Positions 54,554 to 64,000 of a stretch of 64,000 nucleotides of DNA are shown one piece after another (positions within the stretch are counted from its first letter, which is position 1; each line of letters begins with the position of its first letter). The notes below the pieces were generated by a model. It saw nothing but the letters and a program-made list of their open reading frames with translations. It was not told the DNA's origin and did no database searches. The DNA comes from an uncultured Sediminicola sp. Its GTDB lineage: Bacteria; Bacteroidota; Bacteroidia; Flavobacteriales; Flavobacteriaceae. Location: positions 128,067 to 192,066 of the forward strand of contig CAXBDK010000010.1 in assembly GCA_963974715.1 (NCBI GenBank), read 5' to 3'. Made by a program: the position numbers and the translations under genes.

Positions 54554-55825
54554 TTATCTGTGAATGGTCTGTGTCCTGTCCGGTCCCACCGATACGATCG
54601 TAATGGGCACTTCCAGCTCCTTTTCCAGAAAATGGATGTAGGCGTTCAGGTTCCCCGGTAGTTCGGAGGCTTTTGACATTTGGGTCAGGTCCTTGGCCCA
54701 ACCATCGATTTCCGTATATATGGGGGTCACGTTCTCCGCTTCTATATTGTAGGGCAAATGGGTGATCTTTTGTCCCTTGTAATGGTATGCGGTACATACC
54801 TTTAATTTTTTAAAACCGCTCAGCACATCGGCCTTCATCATGATCAGTTCCGTAACCCCGTTTATTTCCACTGCGTACCTTAGGGCCACTAGGTCTAACC
54901 ACCCACATCTTCTCGGTCTTCCGGTAACGGCGCCAAACTCATTGCCCACGCGGCCCATGGTGGCACCATCTTCATCGAACAGTTCGGTTGGGAAGGGTCC
55001 GCTTCCCACACGGGTGGTGTAGGCCTTGAAAATACCGAACACTTTCCCGATCCTATTGGGGGCCACTCCCAGACCGGTACAGGCGCCCGCTGCCGTGGTA
55101 TTGGAGGAGGTAACGAACGGGTAGGTGCCAAAGTCGATGTCCAACAGCGACCCCTGGGCCCCTTCGGCAAGAATGGTCTTTTTGTTTTTTAGGGCATCGT
55201 TCAAAAATTCCTCACTGTCTATAAAGGTCAGTTCCTTAAGGGTCTCCACGGCATCAAAAAACTCCCTTTCCAGTTCGGCCAGGTCATATTGTATGTTTAC
55301 ATTGTAAAAACTGATCATGGCCTCGTGTTTGTCGGCCAAGGCCCTGTAGCGCTCCTTGAAATCATCCAGTTCCATATCGCCCACGCGCAGACCGTTCCTG
55401 CCGGTCTTGTCCATATATGTGGGGCCTATTCCCTTTAAGGTAGAGCCTATCTTTGCCTTCCCCTTGGAAGTTTCGGAGGCTGCGTCCAACAATCGGTGGG
55501 TTGGCAATATCAAATGTGCCTTTCTAGAGATGATGAGGTTCTTGCGATAATCTATCTTAAATTGGTTCAGGCCTTCCAGCTCCTTTACAAATACCACGGG
55601 GTCTATGACCACTCCATTGCCGATCACGTTGGTGGAACCTTTGTGAAAGATACCTGATGGGATGGTCCGAAGCACATGTTTAATTCCATCGAACTCCAGG
55701 GTATGCCCGGCATTCGGTCCTCCCTGAAAACGTGCGATAATATCATATCCCTTTGTGAGTACGTCAACGATCTTACCTTTGCCCTCGTCTCCCCACTGTA
55801 GTCCTAGTAGTAAATCTACTGCCAT
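54554..55825 (-). CDS. purA: Adenylosuccinate synthetase
   Basis: QWGDEGKGK, GPNAGHT, EGAQG and GAVTGRPRRCGW. Confidence 0.98.
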   Translation of the reverse strand: MAVDLLLGLQWGDEGKGKIVDVLTKGYDIIARFQGGPNAGHTLEFDGIKHVLRTIPSGIFHKGSTNVIGNGVVIDPVVFVKELEGLNQFKIDYRKNLIISRKAHLILPTHRLLDAASETSKGKAKIGSTLKGIGPTYMDKTGRNGLRVGDMELDDFKERYRALADKHEAMISFYNVNIQYDLAELEREFFDAVETLKELTFIDSEEFLNDALKNKKTILAEGAQGSLLDIDFGTYPFVTSSNTTAAGACTGLGVAPNRIGKVFGIFKAYTTRVGSGPFPTELFDEDGATMGRVGNEFGAVTGRPRRCGWLDLVALRYAVEINGVTELIMMKADVLSGFKKLKVCTAYHYKGQKITHLPYNIEAENVTPIYTEIDGWAKDLTQMSKASELPGNLNAYIHFLEKELEVPITIVSVGPDRTQTIHR

Positions 55826-55844
55826 TATTATATGTTAAATTGGA

Positions 55845-56300
55845 TTAATTGTTTGAAATTTCTTCCTTGTTCTTGGTGCCATAGAAATAAAGGGAATGGG
55901 TGTTGATCTTTATATTGAAGATTTCCTCTATGGTCTTTTTGATGGACTGTATGCGGGGATCGCAGAATTCTATCACCTCGCCGGTATCGGTAAGGATCAC
56001 ATGGTCGTGCTGCCTATCAAAATACGACTTTTCATATTGGGCCTGATTTTTTCCAAATTGGTGTTTCCGCACCAGTTTGCAGTCCAATAGGAGCTCGATG
56101 GTATTGTAAAGGGTGGCCCTGCTTACCCTATAATTTTTGTTTTTCATGTTGATATAGAGCGATTCTATATCAAAATGTTCCTCACTGTCATAGATTTCCT
56201 GCAGTATGGCATACCGCTCCGGTGTTTTTCTATGTCCGTTCCCCTCCAAAAAGGTGGTAAAAACGTTTTTTACGATTTCCTGGTTCTTATTGCTGCCCAT
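55845..56300 (-). CDS. fur: Fur family transcriptional regulator
   Basis: [16 protein letters not shown] and QHDHVI. TACATTTG -7 element at 56324-31 (minus strand). Confidence 0.9.
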   Translation of the reverse strand: MGSNKNQEIVKNVFTTFLEGNGHRKTPERYAILQEIYDSEEHFDIESLYINMKNKNYRVSRATLYNTIELLLDCKLVRKHQFGKNQAQYEKSYFDRQHDHVILTDTGEVIEFCDPRIQSIKKTIEEIFNIKINTHSLYFYGTKNKEEISNN

Positions 56301-56341
56301 GACTTATTTGCTGCATTCAACTACAAATGTACAGTTAAAAT

Positions 56342-58549
56342 TTAAATTCTGCTCACTTTGTCGATTCCGTTGATACGTGTCAGGTTCTCTATCAACTTTT
56401 TAAGAATGGAATTATTTTTGACCACCACGGTGATCTTTCCGGTAAAGGTTCCCCCGTCCGTACTAAAATTCAGGTTCCGCATGTTTACGTGCATGTTGTC
56501 CGAAATGATCTCGGTCACATCACTGATAAGTCCCAGATTGTCGATGCCAGTTAACTGTATATCCGCCGTAAATTCTTCCTGACTGGAATCGATCCATTTG
56601 GCACTGATGATACGGTAGGCGTAGTTGGACTGCAACGCAATGGCATTGGGACAGTTCTTTTTGTGCACTTTGATGCCCTCGTTCACACTTACGAACCCGA
56701 ATACTTCATCTCCCGGGATGGGATTACAGCATTGGGAAAGTTTATAGGGCAATTTTTCCTCTTCCTTGCCAAAGACCAGGGTATCGTATTTGGAGGTGAT
56801 CTCGTCCTTATCGATATCATCGGGCACCACCGGCCTTCGGATCTTGTTCTTAAAGAAGCTGATGAAGGCATTGCTGTACGAGGAGGCAAAATCCTTGATC
56901 ATCTGGTTGTCTATGGCCCCTATGGCCACCCGGTAGAAAAGGTCCAGACTGGTCTTTAATTTAAAATAGACCACCATTTTATTGATGGTATCCTCGTTAA
57001 GGGTTATTTTTTGGGATTTCAGTTTTCTCCTCAATATTTCCTTGCCGTCCAGGGCAATGGTCTTTTTTTCTTCCCTAAGGGACGATTTTATCTTGGCCCT
57101 TGCCCTTGCCGTAGTGGCGTAATCCAACCAGCTCTGGTTGGGTTTTGCCTGGTCGGAGGTGATGACCTCCACTTGGTCCCCACTGTGCAGGGTCGTGTTG
57201 AGGGGCACCAGTTTGCCGTTTACCTTGGCGCCCCTCGTTTTCATGCCCACCTCGGTATGGATGTTAAAGGCAAAATCAAGCGGGGTGGCCCCTTTGGGCA
57301 GTGATTTTAATTCCCCTTTGGGGGTAAACACGAAGATTTCCTTGGAATAGAGGTTCAGTTTAAACTCTTCCACAAAATCCACGGCATTGGTATTGGCGTT
57401 TTCCAGGGCCTCCTGTAATCGGTTCAGCCACATCTCCAGTCCCTGCTCCCTTTGGTCGCCATGTTTGTATTTAAAGTGGGCGGCATATCCCTTTTCGGCA
57501 ATTTCGTGCATCCGTTCACTGCGGATCTGTACCTCTACCCATTTGCCTTTGGGTCCCATTACCGTAATGTGGAGGGCCTCGTAACCGGTCGACTTGGGCG
57601 AGGAAATCCAATCCCTGAGCCTTACGGGATTGGGGGTAAAGTGGTCCGTGACGATCGAATAGATCTTCCAGGCAAGGAACTTTTCGTTCTGTTTGTCCGA
57701 TTTATAGATGATCCTGATGGCGAACTTATCATAGATCTCGTCAAAGGGAACGTTCTGGACCTTCATTTTTCGGCGGATGGAAAAAATGGATTTCATCCGT
57801 CCCTTGATGATATAATTGAGCCCTTCCCTGTCCAAGGAGGTACTGATCACCTCGGAGAAGGCATCTATATAGGCCCGCTGCTCCTCCTTGGTTTCCTCGA
57901 TCTTTCCAAGGATGTCCGTGTAGACTTCGGGCTCGGTATATTTTAGGCTGAGGTCTTCCAGTTCCGTTTTGATGCTGTACAGGCCGATCCTATGTGCCAA
58001 GGGGGCATAGATATAGAGCGTTTCGGAAGCAATTTTCACCTGCTTGTGTTCCGGCATGGAATCCATGGTGAGCATGTTATGGTACCGGTCCGCTATTTTT
58101 ATGATGATCACCCGTACGTCATCATTTAGGGTGAGCAACATTTTTCTGAAGTTCTCCGCTTGTTGGGAGATGTTCATATCTTTCTTTAGGTGGGCGATCT
58201 TGGTAAGCCCGTCCACGATACGGGCCACCGTTTCCCCGAACATCCGCTCTATATCCTGAAGTGTATATGGAGTATCCTCCACCACATCGTGCAAGAGGGC
58301 CGAGGCAATGGAAACGGCATCAAGGCCGATTTCGGAGGCCACGATCTTGGCCACGGCTATGGGATGGAAAATATAGGCCTCGCCGGATTTCCGGCGCTGG
58401 TCCTTATGGGCATCCACTGCCACATCAAAAGCGCTGCGTATCAGTTTCTTGTCCTCCTCGTTCAAGGTCTGATAACTAATGCGCAAGAGTTCCTTGTACT
58501 GCTTGGCAATTTCCTTGTTTTCCTTCTCTATGGCAGCTTCCGTCATCAT
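56342..58549 (-). CDS. relA: RelA/SpoT (p)ppGpp synthetase/hydrolase (long RSH)
   Basis: RKSGEAYIFHP, HDVVED, YEALHITV, EVQIR, TGS (FAFNIHTEVG), CCNPIPGD and ACT domain. Confidence 0.95.
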   Translation of the reverse strand: MMTEAAIEKENKEIAKQYKELLRISYQTLNEEDKKLIRSAFDVAVDAHKDQRRKSGEAYIFHPIAVAKIVASEIGLDAVSIASALLHDVVEDTPYTLQDIERMFGETVARIVDGLTKIAHLKKDMNISQQAENFRKMLLTLNDDVRVIIIKIADRYHNMLTMDSMPEHKQVKIASETLYIYAPLAHRIGLYSIKTELEDLSLKYTEPEVYTDILGKIEETKEEQRAYIDAFSEVISTSLDREGLNYIIKGRMKSIFSIRRKMKVQNVPFDEIYDKFAIRIIYKSDKQNEKFLAWKIYSIVTDHFTPNPVRLRDWISSPKSTGYEALHITVMGPKGKWVEVQIRSERMHEIAEKGYAAHFKYKHGDQREQGLEMWLNRLQEALENANTNAVDFVEEFKLNLYSKEIFVFTPKGELKSLPKGATPLDFAFNIHTEVGMKTRGAKVNGKLVPLNTTLHSGDQVEVITSDQAKPNQSWLDYATTARARAKIKSSLREEKKTIALDGKEILRRKLKSQKITLNEDTINKMVVYFKLKTSLDLFYRVAIGAIDNQMIKDFASSYSNAFISFFKNKIRRPVVPDDIDKDEITSKYDTLVFGKEEEKLPYKLSQCCNPIPGDEVFGFVSVNEGIKVHKKNCPNAIALQSNYAYRIISAKWIDSSQEEFTADIQLTGIDNLGLISDVTEIISDNMHVNMRNLNFSTDGGTFTGKITVVVKNNSILKKLIENLTRINGIDKVSRI

Positions 58550-58589
58550 ACTTAAATTTAAGACAATCCTACTTGGTACACAACAAAAA

Positions 58590-59822
58590 TTATGCCCTTA
58601 AATTGCGTATACGGGCAATAAGCGGGGGATGGGAATAGTGCACGAACACAAAGGCCGGGTGCGGCGTAAGGTTGCTGAGACTGTTCTTGGAAAGCTTTTT
58701 CAAAGACCGGATCAAGGGCTGCGCCCCATAGGTCGTTTTGGCATAGTCGTCCGCTTGGAACTCGAACTTTCTGGATAGGTGGTTCATCACCAATCCGGTA
58801 AGTTGGGAAATGGGACTGTAAAGGATCCCAAAACCGATCAGTGCCGCATGGAAACTGGGGCGAGAAACCCCGATGGCAAGGGATAGCTCCGGTTGGTTGA
58901 TAAAAATGGAAAGGATATAGAGCATAACGCCCGTAACCCCGATCGAGGCCATCAGGTTGAAAAGTATGTGCTTTTTTTTGTAGTGACCCACCTCATGGGC
59001 CAATACGGCCACAATTTCATCTTCCTCCAGATCCCTTACCAAAGTGTCGTAGAGGGTAACCCGTTTCTCCCTGCCGAATCCCGAAAAATAGGCATTGGCC
59101 TTGGTCGATCTTTTGGACCCGTCCATCACCAGGATGTTTTTTAGCTCAAAGCCCACATTGTGTGCATAGGCCTCCAATTTTTCTTTTAGGCTGCCCTTTT
59201 CCAAAGGGGCCAGCTTGTTAAAAAGGGGCACTATCAACTTACTGTAGAACATATTTGTAAAGAGGGAGAAAAGCGTAACGGCGGCCCATGCATAGATCCA
59301 GAATTCAGATCCGGCCCATTCAAAGAACCAGATCACCAAGGAGAGAATGCCCCCTCCCAATACGATCGTCATTGCCCAACTTTTAAGTTTGTCCAAGAAG
59401 AAAAGCTTTCTGCTGGTCTTGTTAAAACCGAATTTTTCCTCGATCACAAAGGTTTGGTAATAGGAGAAGGGCATGTTCAACAGATCGCTCCCGATCATGA
59501 TGATACCGAAGAAAACCAAGGCCATGGAAATGGCCCCCCCACTTACTTGACGTGCCAGGGAGTCGATCCATTCAAAGCCCCCCAACACCAAAAAGAAAAG
59601 GGTCAGGGCTACGGAAAAAGCACCCGTTAACAATCCAAACCGGTAATTGGTCCTTTTGTAATCCTGGGATTTTCGATATTCATCCTGATCAAAAACGTCC
59701 TGAAGTTCGGTTGGGACGGGATCTGAATACCGTTTTGCGTTCAAATAGTTGAGCAATGCCTCCAAGAGGAACTGAACCACCAAAATACCGATTATAAAAT
59801 TGAATAATGTTGTGGAATCCAT
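58590..59822 (-). CDS. M48 family metallopeptidase (Ste24-like)
   Basis: HEVGH (HExxH), NAYFSG, EFQAD and SHPP; multiple TM segments. Confidence 0.92.
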   Translation of the reverse strand: MDSTTLFNFIIGILVVQFLLEALLNYLNAKRYSDPVPTELQDVFDQDEYRKSQDYKRTNYRFGLLTGAFSVALTLFFLVLGGFEWIDSLARQVSGGAISMALVFFGIIMIGSDLLNMPFSYYQTFVIEEKFGFNKTSRKLFFLDKLKSWAMTIVLGGGILSLVIWFFEWAGSEFWIYAWAAVTLFSLFTNMFYSKLIVPLFNKLAPLEKGSLKEKLEAYAHNVGFELKNILVMDGSKRSTKANAYFSGFGREKRVTLYDTLVRDLEEDEIVAVLAHEVGHYKKKHILFNLMASIGVTGVMLYILSIFINQPELSLAIGVSRPSFHAALIGFGILYSPISQLTGLVMNHLSRKFEFQADDYAKTTYGAQPLIRSLKKLSKNSLSNLTPHPAFVFVHYSHPPLIARIRNLRA

Positions 59823-59882
59823 ATAATGTGGGTTGGTTATCATTTTCCATGTTCAACGGATGGAAATTTGATGGAATTGTTG

Positions 59883-60707
59883 CTATCCTTCGTGGAAGGA
59901 AGGATCTCGCTGTCTTTTGGCCTCAAATATAACTATTGCCGCCGATACGGACACGTTCATGGAATCTATTTCACCTTCCATGGGAATGATTATGTTCGCG
60001 GTGGCGTTTTCCAGCCATGGTCGGCTCAGGCCCGTAGCCTCCGTACCCACCACAATGGCCGTTGGGGCACTGTAATCTACAGTGGTATATTTTTTGGGGG
60101 CGGAGAGGGCTGCACAGTAAATGGCCATGCCTTTCTTTTTTAGGAAGGAAATTACCTCCTGTGTGGTGGCCATGGCTACCTGATTGGTAAAAACACATCC
60201 TATGCTGGAGCGGATCACATTGGGATTGTACAGGTCCCCCTTTGGGTCCGCTATGATCACGGCATCCAGGTTGGCGGCATCGGCAGTGCGCAGCAATGCC
60301 CCTATATTTCCCGGTTTTTCCGGGGATTCGGCCACTAGGATGAGCGGGGCTCCCTTTTTAAATCCCAGGTCTTCAAGGGTATGCTGCTTGCATTGCCCAA
60401 TGGCCAGCACTCCCTCAGTAGTTTCCCTATAGGCCATCCTTTGGTAGACCTCTTTGGAAACTTCCACCAACGCTGTTCCCTGGGTTTCCTTGCCCAAAAG
60501 CTCCTTGACGCGCTGCAACGGAAAAAATTCGGGATGGAAAAATACCGTGTCCAATACATAATGGCCTTTGAGGGCCATTTGTATTTCCTTAAGACCTTCT
60601 ACCACGAACCGGCCGGCGTTCCGGCGTTCGCGACTTTTGTCCTTCAGGGCCAGAACGTATTTTACCATGGGGTTCTGTACGCTGGTTATGTATTTTAATT
60701 CTTCCAT
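59883..60707 (-). CDS. TrmH/SpoU family RNA methyltransferase
   Basis: EKPGNIGALLRTA, GTEATG and SMNVS. ATG 60707 preferred over the track start. Confidence 0.92.
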   Translation of the reverse strand: MEELKYITSVQNPMVKYVLALKDKSRERRNAGRFVVEGLKEIQMALKGHYVLDTVFFHPEFFPLQRVKELLGKETQGTALVEVSKEVYQRMAYRETTEGVLAIGQCKQHTLEDLGFKKGAPLILVAESPEKPGNIGALLRTADAANLDAVIIADPKGDLYNPNVIRSSIGCVFTNQVAMATTQEVISFLKKKGMAIYCAALSAPKKYTTVDYSAPTAIVVGTEATGLSRPWLENATANIIIPMEGEIDSMNVSVSAAIVIFEAKRQRDPSFHEG

Positions 60708-60873
60708 TCCGTACAAAAATACTCCAATAAGGTAAACTTTCTTCCAAACTTTCGACGAATTGCGAAAATGGACAGGCACCGGTAGCCGACCTTGTGCACC
60801 AGGCTCTTTGCAGAGTGGAGAGCAACCGAATAATTGACCCGATAAATTAGTATAACCAAAACCGATAGTAAAA

Positions 60874-61683
60874 ATGAAGTATGTAACCATGTTATTTTTG
60901 ATCAGCGGCCTATGGGCCTGTAAGGAAGGCCCCAGGGAAGCTAAACCACCCGAACCCGACATGGCCGTTCCTGTCGAAAAGCCCTCCCCTTATCCAAAGG
61001 AATTGGCACGTGTGCTTGAGGCGCACGGGGGAGTGGATACTTGGAAGACCAAGAAAAAGATGTCCTTTGTAATGGGAGATTCCCTAGACCCGGAGACCCA
61101 TACCATCGACCTTTGGTCCAGGAAAGATAGGGTCGACACAAAGGAACATTCCCTTGGCTACGACGGGAAAGGTGTTTGGGTATGGGAAAAAAATGAAAAG
61201 AAATATGAGGGGGACCCGGTGTTTTACCACAACCTGATGTTCTATTTCCATGCCATGCCCTTTGTGCTATCGGATGCCGGAATCGTTTATGGGGAAGTTG
61301 GGGATCTGTTGGTGGATGGGACCGAATATCCAGGCATCCGCATTGGATATGGAAAAGGGGTGGGTGTTTCACCGGATGACAACTATTACCTGCACTATGA
61401 TCCCCAGACCTACAGAATGGCCTGGTTAGGGTATACGGTAAGTTACGGGAAAAAAGGCCCCTCCACCGATATAAATTGGATAAAGTATGAGGGCTGGGAA
61501 GAAGTTGACGGACTCCTGCTCCCCAATGCCATTACCTGGCACGTGACCAGCGAAGGGCTGCCAAAGGAAGCCAGGAATACTTTGGTCTTTCGAGAAATGA
61601 ACGTGTCAACGGAAGCCATGCCCGAGGTATTTTTTGAAAAACCATCCGCAGCCGCATACGTACCCGCCCCAAAAATCGAATAA
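60874..61683 (+). CDS. DUF6503-like lipoprotein
   Basis: LWAC lipobox; AHGG..W, FYFHAMPFVL and PDDNYYLHYD. Confidence 0.7.
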   Translation: MKYVTMLFLISGLWACKEGPREAKPPEPDMAVPVEKPSPYPKELARVLEAHGGVDTWKTKKKMSFVMGDSLDPETHTIDLWSRKDRVDTKEHSLGYDGKGVWVWEKNEKKYEGDPVFYHNLMFYFHAMPFVLSDAGIVYGEVGDLLVDGTEYPGIRIGYGKGVGVSPDDNYYLHYDPQTYRMAWLGYTVSYGKKGPSTDINWIKYEGWEEVDGLLLPNAITWHVTSEGLPKEARNTLVFREMNVSTEAMPEVFFEKPSAAAYVPAPKIE

Positions 61684-61700
61684 GGGCCAATTTTTGCCAT

Positions 61701-61740
61701 AAAAAAAGACCCTGTCGGATTTTTGGACAGGGTCTTTTTT
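61701..61740. terminator. Bidirectional terminator
   Basis: AAAAAAAGACCCTGTC-loop-GACAGGGTCTTTTTT. Confidence 0.9.
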
Positions 61741-61755
61741 GTTGGAGAGGTATTT

Positions 61756-63048
61756 TTATTCACCGGAATATTTTCCCATATAACGTTGGTAAAGTTCGGT
61801 TTGGTGGGTGTCCAGGGAGAGTTCACGGCCATCGATAAAGGCATGGCTCAATTTGTTGGTGCGCATATCCAGCGCATCGCCTTCCGAAATGAACAAAGTG
61901 GCACTTTTGCCAACGGCCAAGCTGCCATAGGAATCGTCTATTCCCAATATTTTGGCCGTATTAAAGGAAATCAAGCCCAGGGCTTTTTCCTTGTCCAGTC
62001 CCTGCCCGGCCACTTGGCCCGCATAAAAAGGGAGGTTCCTCACTTGGAAATTGGCCGCATCCATATTTTGTATGCCCGTCAAAATCCCTGCGTCCACAAG
62101 GAGTTTTGGCAATTTATAGGGGAGGTCATAATCGTCCTCATCCGTCTCGGGCAACCCGTGTGGAAGGTTGACCAGTACCGAAACGGAGTTCGACTTTAGA
62201 AAATCGGTCACTTTATGGGCATCCCCGCCCCCTACCAGAACGATCTGGGAAATCCCCAGTTTTTTAAGGGAAGTAACGGCATCCATTATTTCCTTTTGCC
62301 CATTTGTATGGACGAACATTTTTTGTTTGCCGTTGAAGACACCTTCCATGGCCGCAAAAACGGGATTCAGCTCTTTGGAAGCCGCTTTTTGATAGGCAGC
62401 TGCATTGCGTACAAAACCTTCCACTTCGGCCACTTCCTCTGCATATTCCTTGTTGGGCTGAAGGCCACGGGCCTCGCCTTCCCACCAACGGCCCCTCTTA
62501 AAGGAATTGGGCCAGTTCAGGTGGATGGCGTCGTCTACCTTTACGGCCGCATCCTCCCAGTTCCAAGCATCGAACTGCACAATGGAGGAGGTACCTGAGA
62601 TACGGCCCCCTTTTGGCGTGATCTGCCCCAACAATACCCCGTTGGGCCTCATGCTCTCCACTACTTTCGACTCGGCATTGTAGGCGATAAGGCTACGGAT
62701 ATGGGGGATCAGTTCCCCGATCTCATCCTGATCGTCACTGGCACGAACGGCATCCACTTCTACCAATCCCAAGGAAGTGCAGGGAATGATGAACCCTGGA
62801 TAGATGTGTTTGCCTTCGGCGTTTATGACGGTACCTTTTGTGGCGGTGCCGGCACCGCCCAAGGCGGTGATCTTGCCATCCTCGAGCACGATCGTACTGT
62901 TTTCCATAATGGTCCCGTCACCTATATGGGCCGTGGCCCCTGTAATGGTGATCGCCCCTTTTTGGGGGGAAGCGGGGGTCTGCTGCCCGTAACATAGCAC
63001 GGCGGCCATCTGTAGCAGGGCAAAGGATATATATTTGCTGATTTTCAT
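61756..63048 (-). CDS. Amidohydrolase-family protein, secreted, with degenerate metal site
   Basis: GKHIYPGF, NAAKIL-like NTAKILG and GSLAVGKSATL; no HxH after PGF. Confidence 0.82.
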   Translation of the reverse strand: MKISKYISFALLQMAAVLCYGQQTPASPQKGAITITGATAHIGDGTIMENSTIVLEDGKITALGGAGTATKGTVINAEGKHIYPGFIIPCTSLGLVEVDAVRASDDQDEIGELIPHIRSLIAYNAESKVVESMRPNGVLLGQITPKGGRISGTSSIVQFDAWNWEDAAVKVDDAIHLNWPNSFKRGRWWEGEARGLQPNKEYAEEVAEVEGFVRNAAAYQKAASKELNPVFAAMEGVFNGKQKMFVHTNGQKEIMDAVTSLKKLGISQIVLVGGGDAHKVTDFLKSNSVSVLVNLPHGLPETDEDDYDLPYKLPKLLVDAGILTGIQNMDAANFQVRNLPFYAGQVAGQGLDKEKALGLISFNTAKILGIDDSYGSLAVGKSATLFISEGDALDMRTNKLSHAFIDGRELSLDTHQTELYQRYMGKYSGE

Positions 63049-63085
63049 GGGTATATCTTTAGTTTAATTTTTTGGTCTTGGGAGC

Positions 63086-64000
63086 TTAAAGGGTGTCACA
63101 GTGAAATTCCTGTTTTTCCTTCTTTTTGGGTCCTTGTGTGCTACTGCCCCCATCTTTCTCCTGTAGCATCATGTTGATCAGCAGGTTGCGTTCTTCCTGA
63201 ATGGCATTGCGCTGCTGCTGGTCCTTTTCAAGGTCGAAGTAGACCGCCCCTTCTATAAGGGTCTTCTCGGCCTTTGCATATATGGAGAGCGGATGTTCGT
63301 TCCAAAGGACCAGATCTGCGTCCTTGCCTTCCTTGATACTGCCGACCCGATTGTCTATATGTAAAAGTTTGGCCGGATTGATGGTGACCGTTTTCCAGGC
63401 CTCCAGTTCCGTCATCCCTCCGTACTTAATGGTCTTTGCGGCTTCTTGGTTGAGCCTTCTGGACATTTCGGCATCATCACTGTTAATCGCCACGGTGATG
63501 CCCTGACCGTTCATAATGGCAGCATTGTAGGGAATGGCATCGTTCACCTCAAATTTATAGGCCCACCAATCACTGAAGGTAGAGGCGCCCACACCGTGTT
63601 CCGCCATCTTGTCCGCCACTTTGTACCCTTCCAAAATATGGGTAAAGGTGTTGATCCTAAAATTGAATTTTTCGGCAACCTTCATAAACATGTTGATTTC
63701 GCTCTGAACATAGGAATGACAGCTGATGAACCGCTCCCCGTTGAGGATTTCGGCGATGACCTCCATTTCCTCGTCATATCGGTAGGGCTGTCCGGCCTTC
63801 TTTTTGGCATCGTACTCCTTTCCGCGCTGAAAGTAGTCCATAAACACCTGTTCCACGCCCATACGGGTCTGTGGGAAACGGTCATAACTTTCCCAGTTGG
63901 ATTGTTTTACGTTTTCACCTAGGGCAAATTTTATAAATTTGGGCGAATCGCTGTAGATCATGTTTTCGGCACTCTCCCCCCATTTGAGTTTTAGGATTGC
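63086..64000 (-). CDS. Amidohydrolase-family protein (5' part outside the window)
   Basis: CHSY, THILEGYKV, NSDD and GSIKEGKDADLV; the frame is open to the window edge. Confidence 0.88.
   Translation of the reverse strand, partial: AILKLKWGESAENMIYSDSPKFIKFALGENVKQSNWESYDRFPQTRMGVEQVFMDYFQRGKEYDAKKKAGQPYRYDEEMEVIAEILNGERFISCHSYVQSEINMFMKVAEKFNFRINTFTHILEGYKVADKMAEHGVGASTFSDWWAYKFEVNDAIPYNAAIMNGQGITVAINSDDAEMSRRLNQEAAKTIKYGGMTELEAWKTVTINPAKLLHIDNRVGSIKEGKDADLVLWNEHPLSIYAKAEKTLIEGAVYFDLEKDQQQRNAIQEERNLLINMMLQEKDGGSSTQGPKKKEKQEFHCDTL

Noticed and set aside
54417-54797. 126-aa minus-strand ORF bridging purA and the OstA-like gene
   Set aside because: Out-of-frame overlap with purA; crosses its terminator and the next promoter.
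60708-60962. N-terminal extensions in the ORF track (here TrmH; also the starts at 2541, 6738, 37906, 38788 and 47127)
   Set aside because: They overlap promoters or neighbouring genes. Downstream ATGs give the family-typical N-termini.
1-64000. CRISPR arrays, rRNA/tRNA genes, IS elements, integrases, prophage or known defence genes; the many 60-250 aa antisense ORFs
   Set aside because: No regularly spaced repeats, structural-RNA signatures or recombinase motifs were seen by eye. The antisense ORFs all overlap well-supported genes.

Overview
This 64 kb window looks like core chromosome of a Flavobacteriaceae (Bacteroidota), probably of the Maribacter/Arenibacter/Zobellia type. That call rests on gene content, conserved neighbourhoods (zapA-6S-rny, DUF2795-secA, kdsD-tatC-lptB) and repeated TAnnTTTG -7 promoter motifs. 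About 50 protein genes are supported, including meaB, ohr, galM, an ECF sigma/anti-sigma/DUF4097 operon, msrA, secA, recQ, iscS, rny, aroE, purA, fur and a RelA/SpoT homologue. There is also a probable 6S RNA and several intrinsic terminators. I saw no rRNA, tRNA, CRISPR array, integrase or transposase. The most notable items: (1) a ~545-bp near-identical tandem duplication carrying a small secreted basic protein; (2) two REP-like hairpins with G(CTTG)C loops upstream of secA; (3) a DUF2752 plus two dispanin/CD225-like 'CCC' membrane protein operon; (4) an NYN-LOTUS gene directly upstream of a DEAD-box helicase, close to RNase Y and 6S RNA; (5) a 45-aa membrane ORF missed by the ORF track. No clearly novel multi-gene system could be demonstrated from sequence alone. 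All family assignments come from motif recognition, not database searches.
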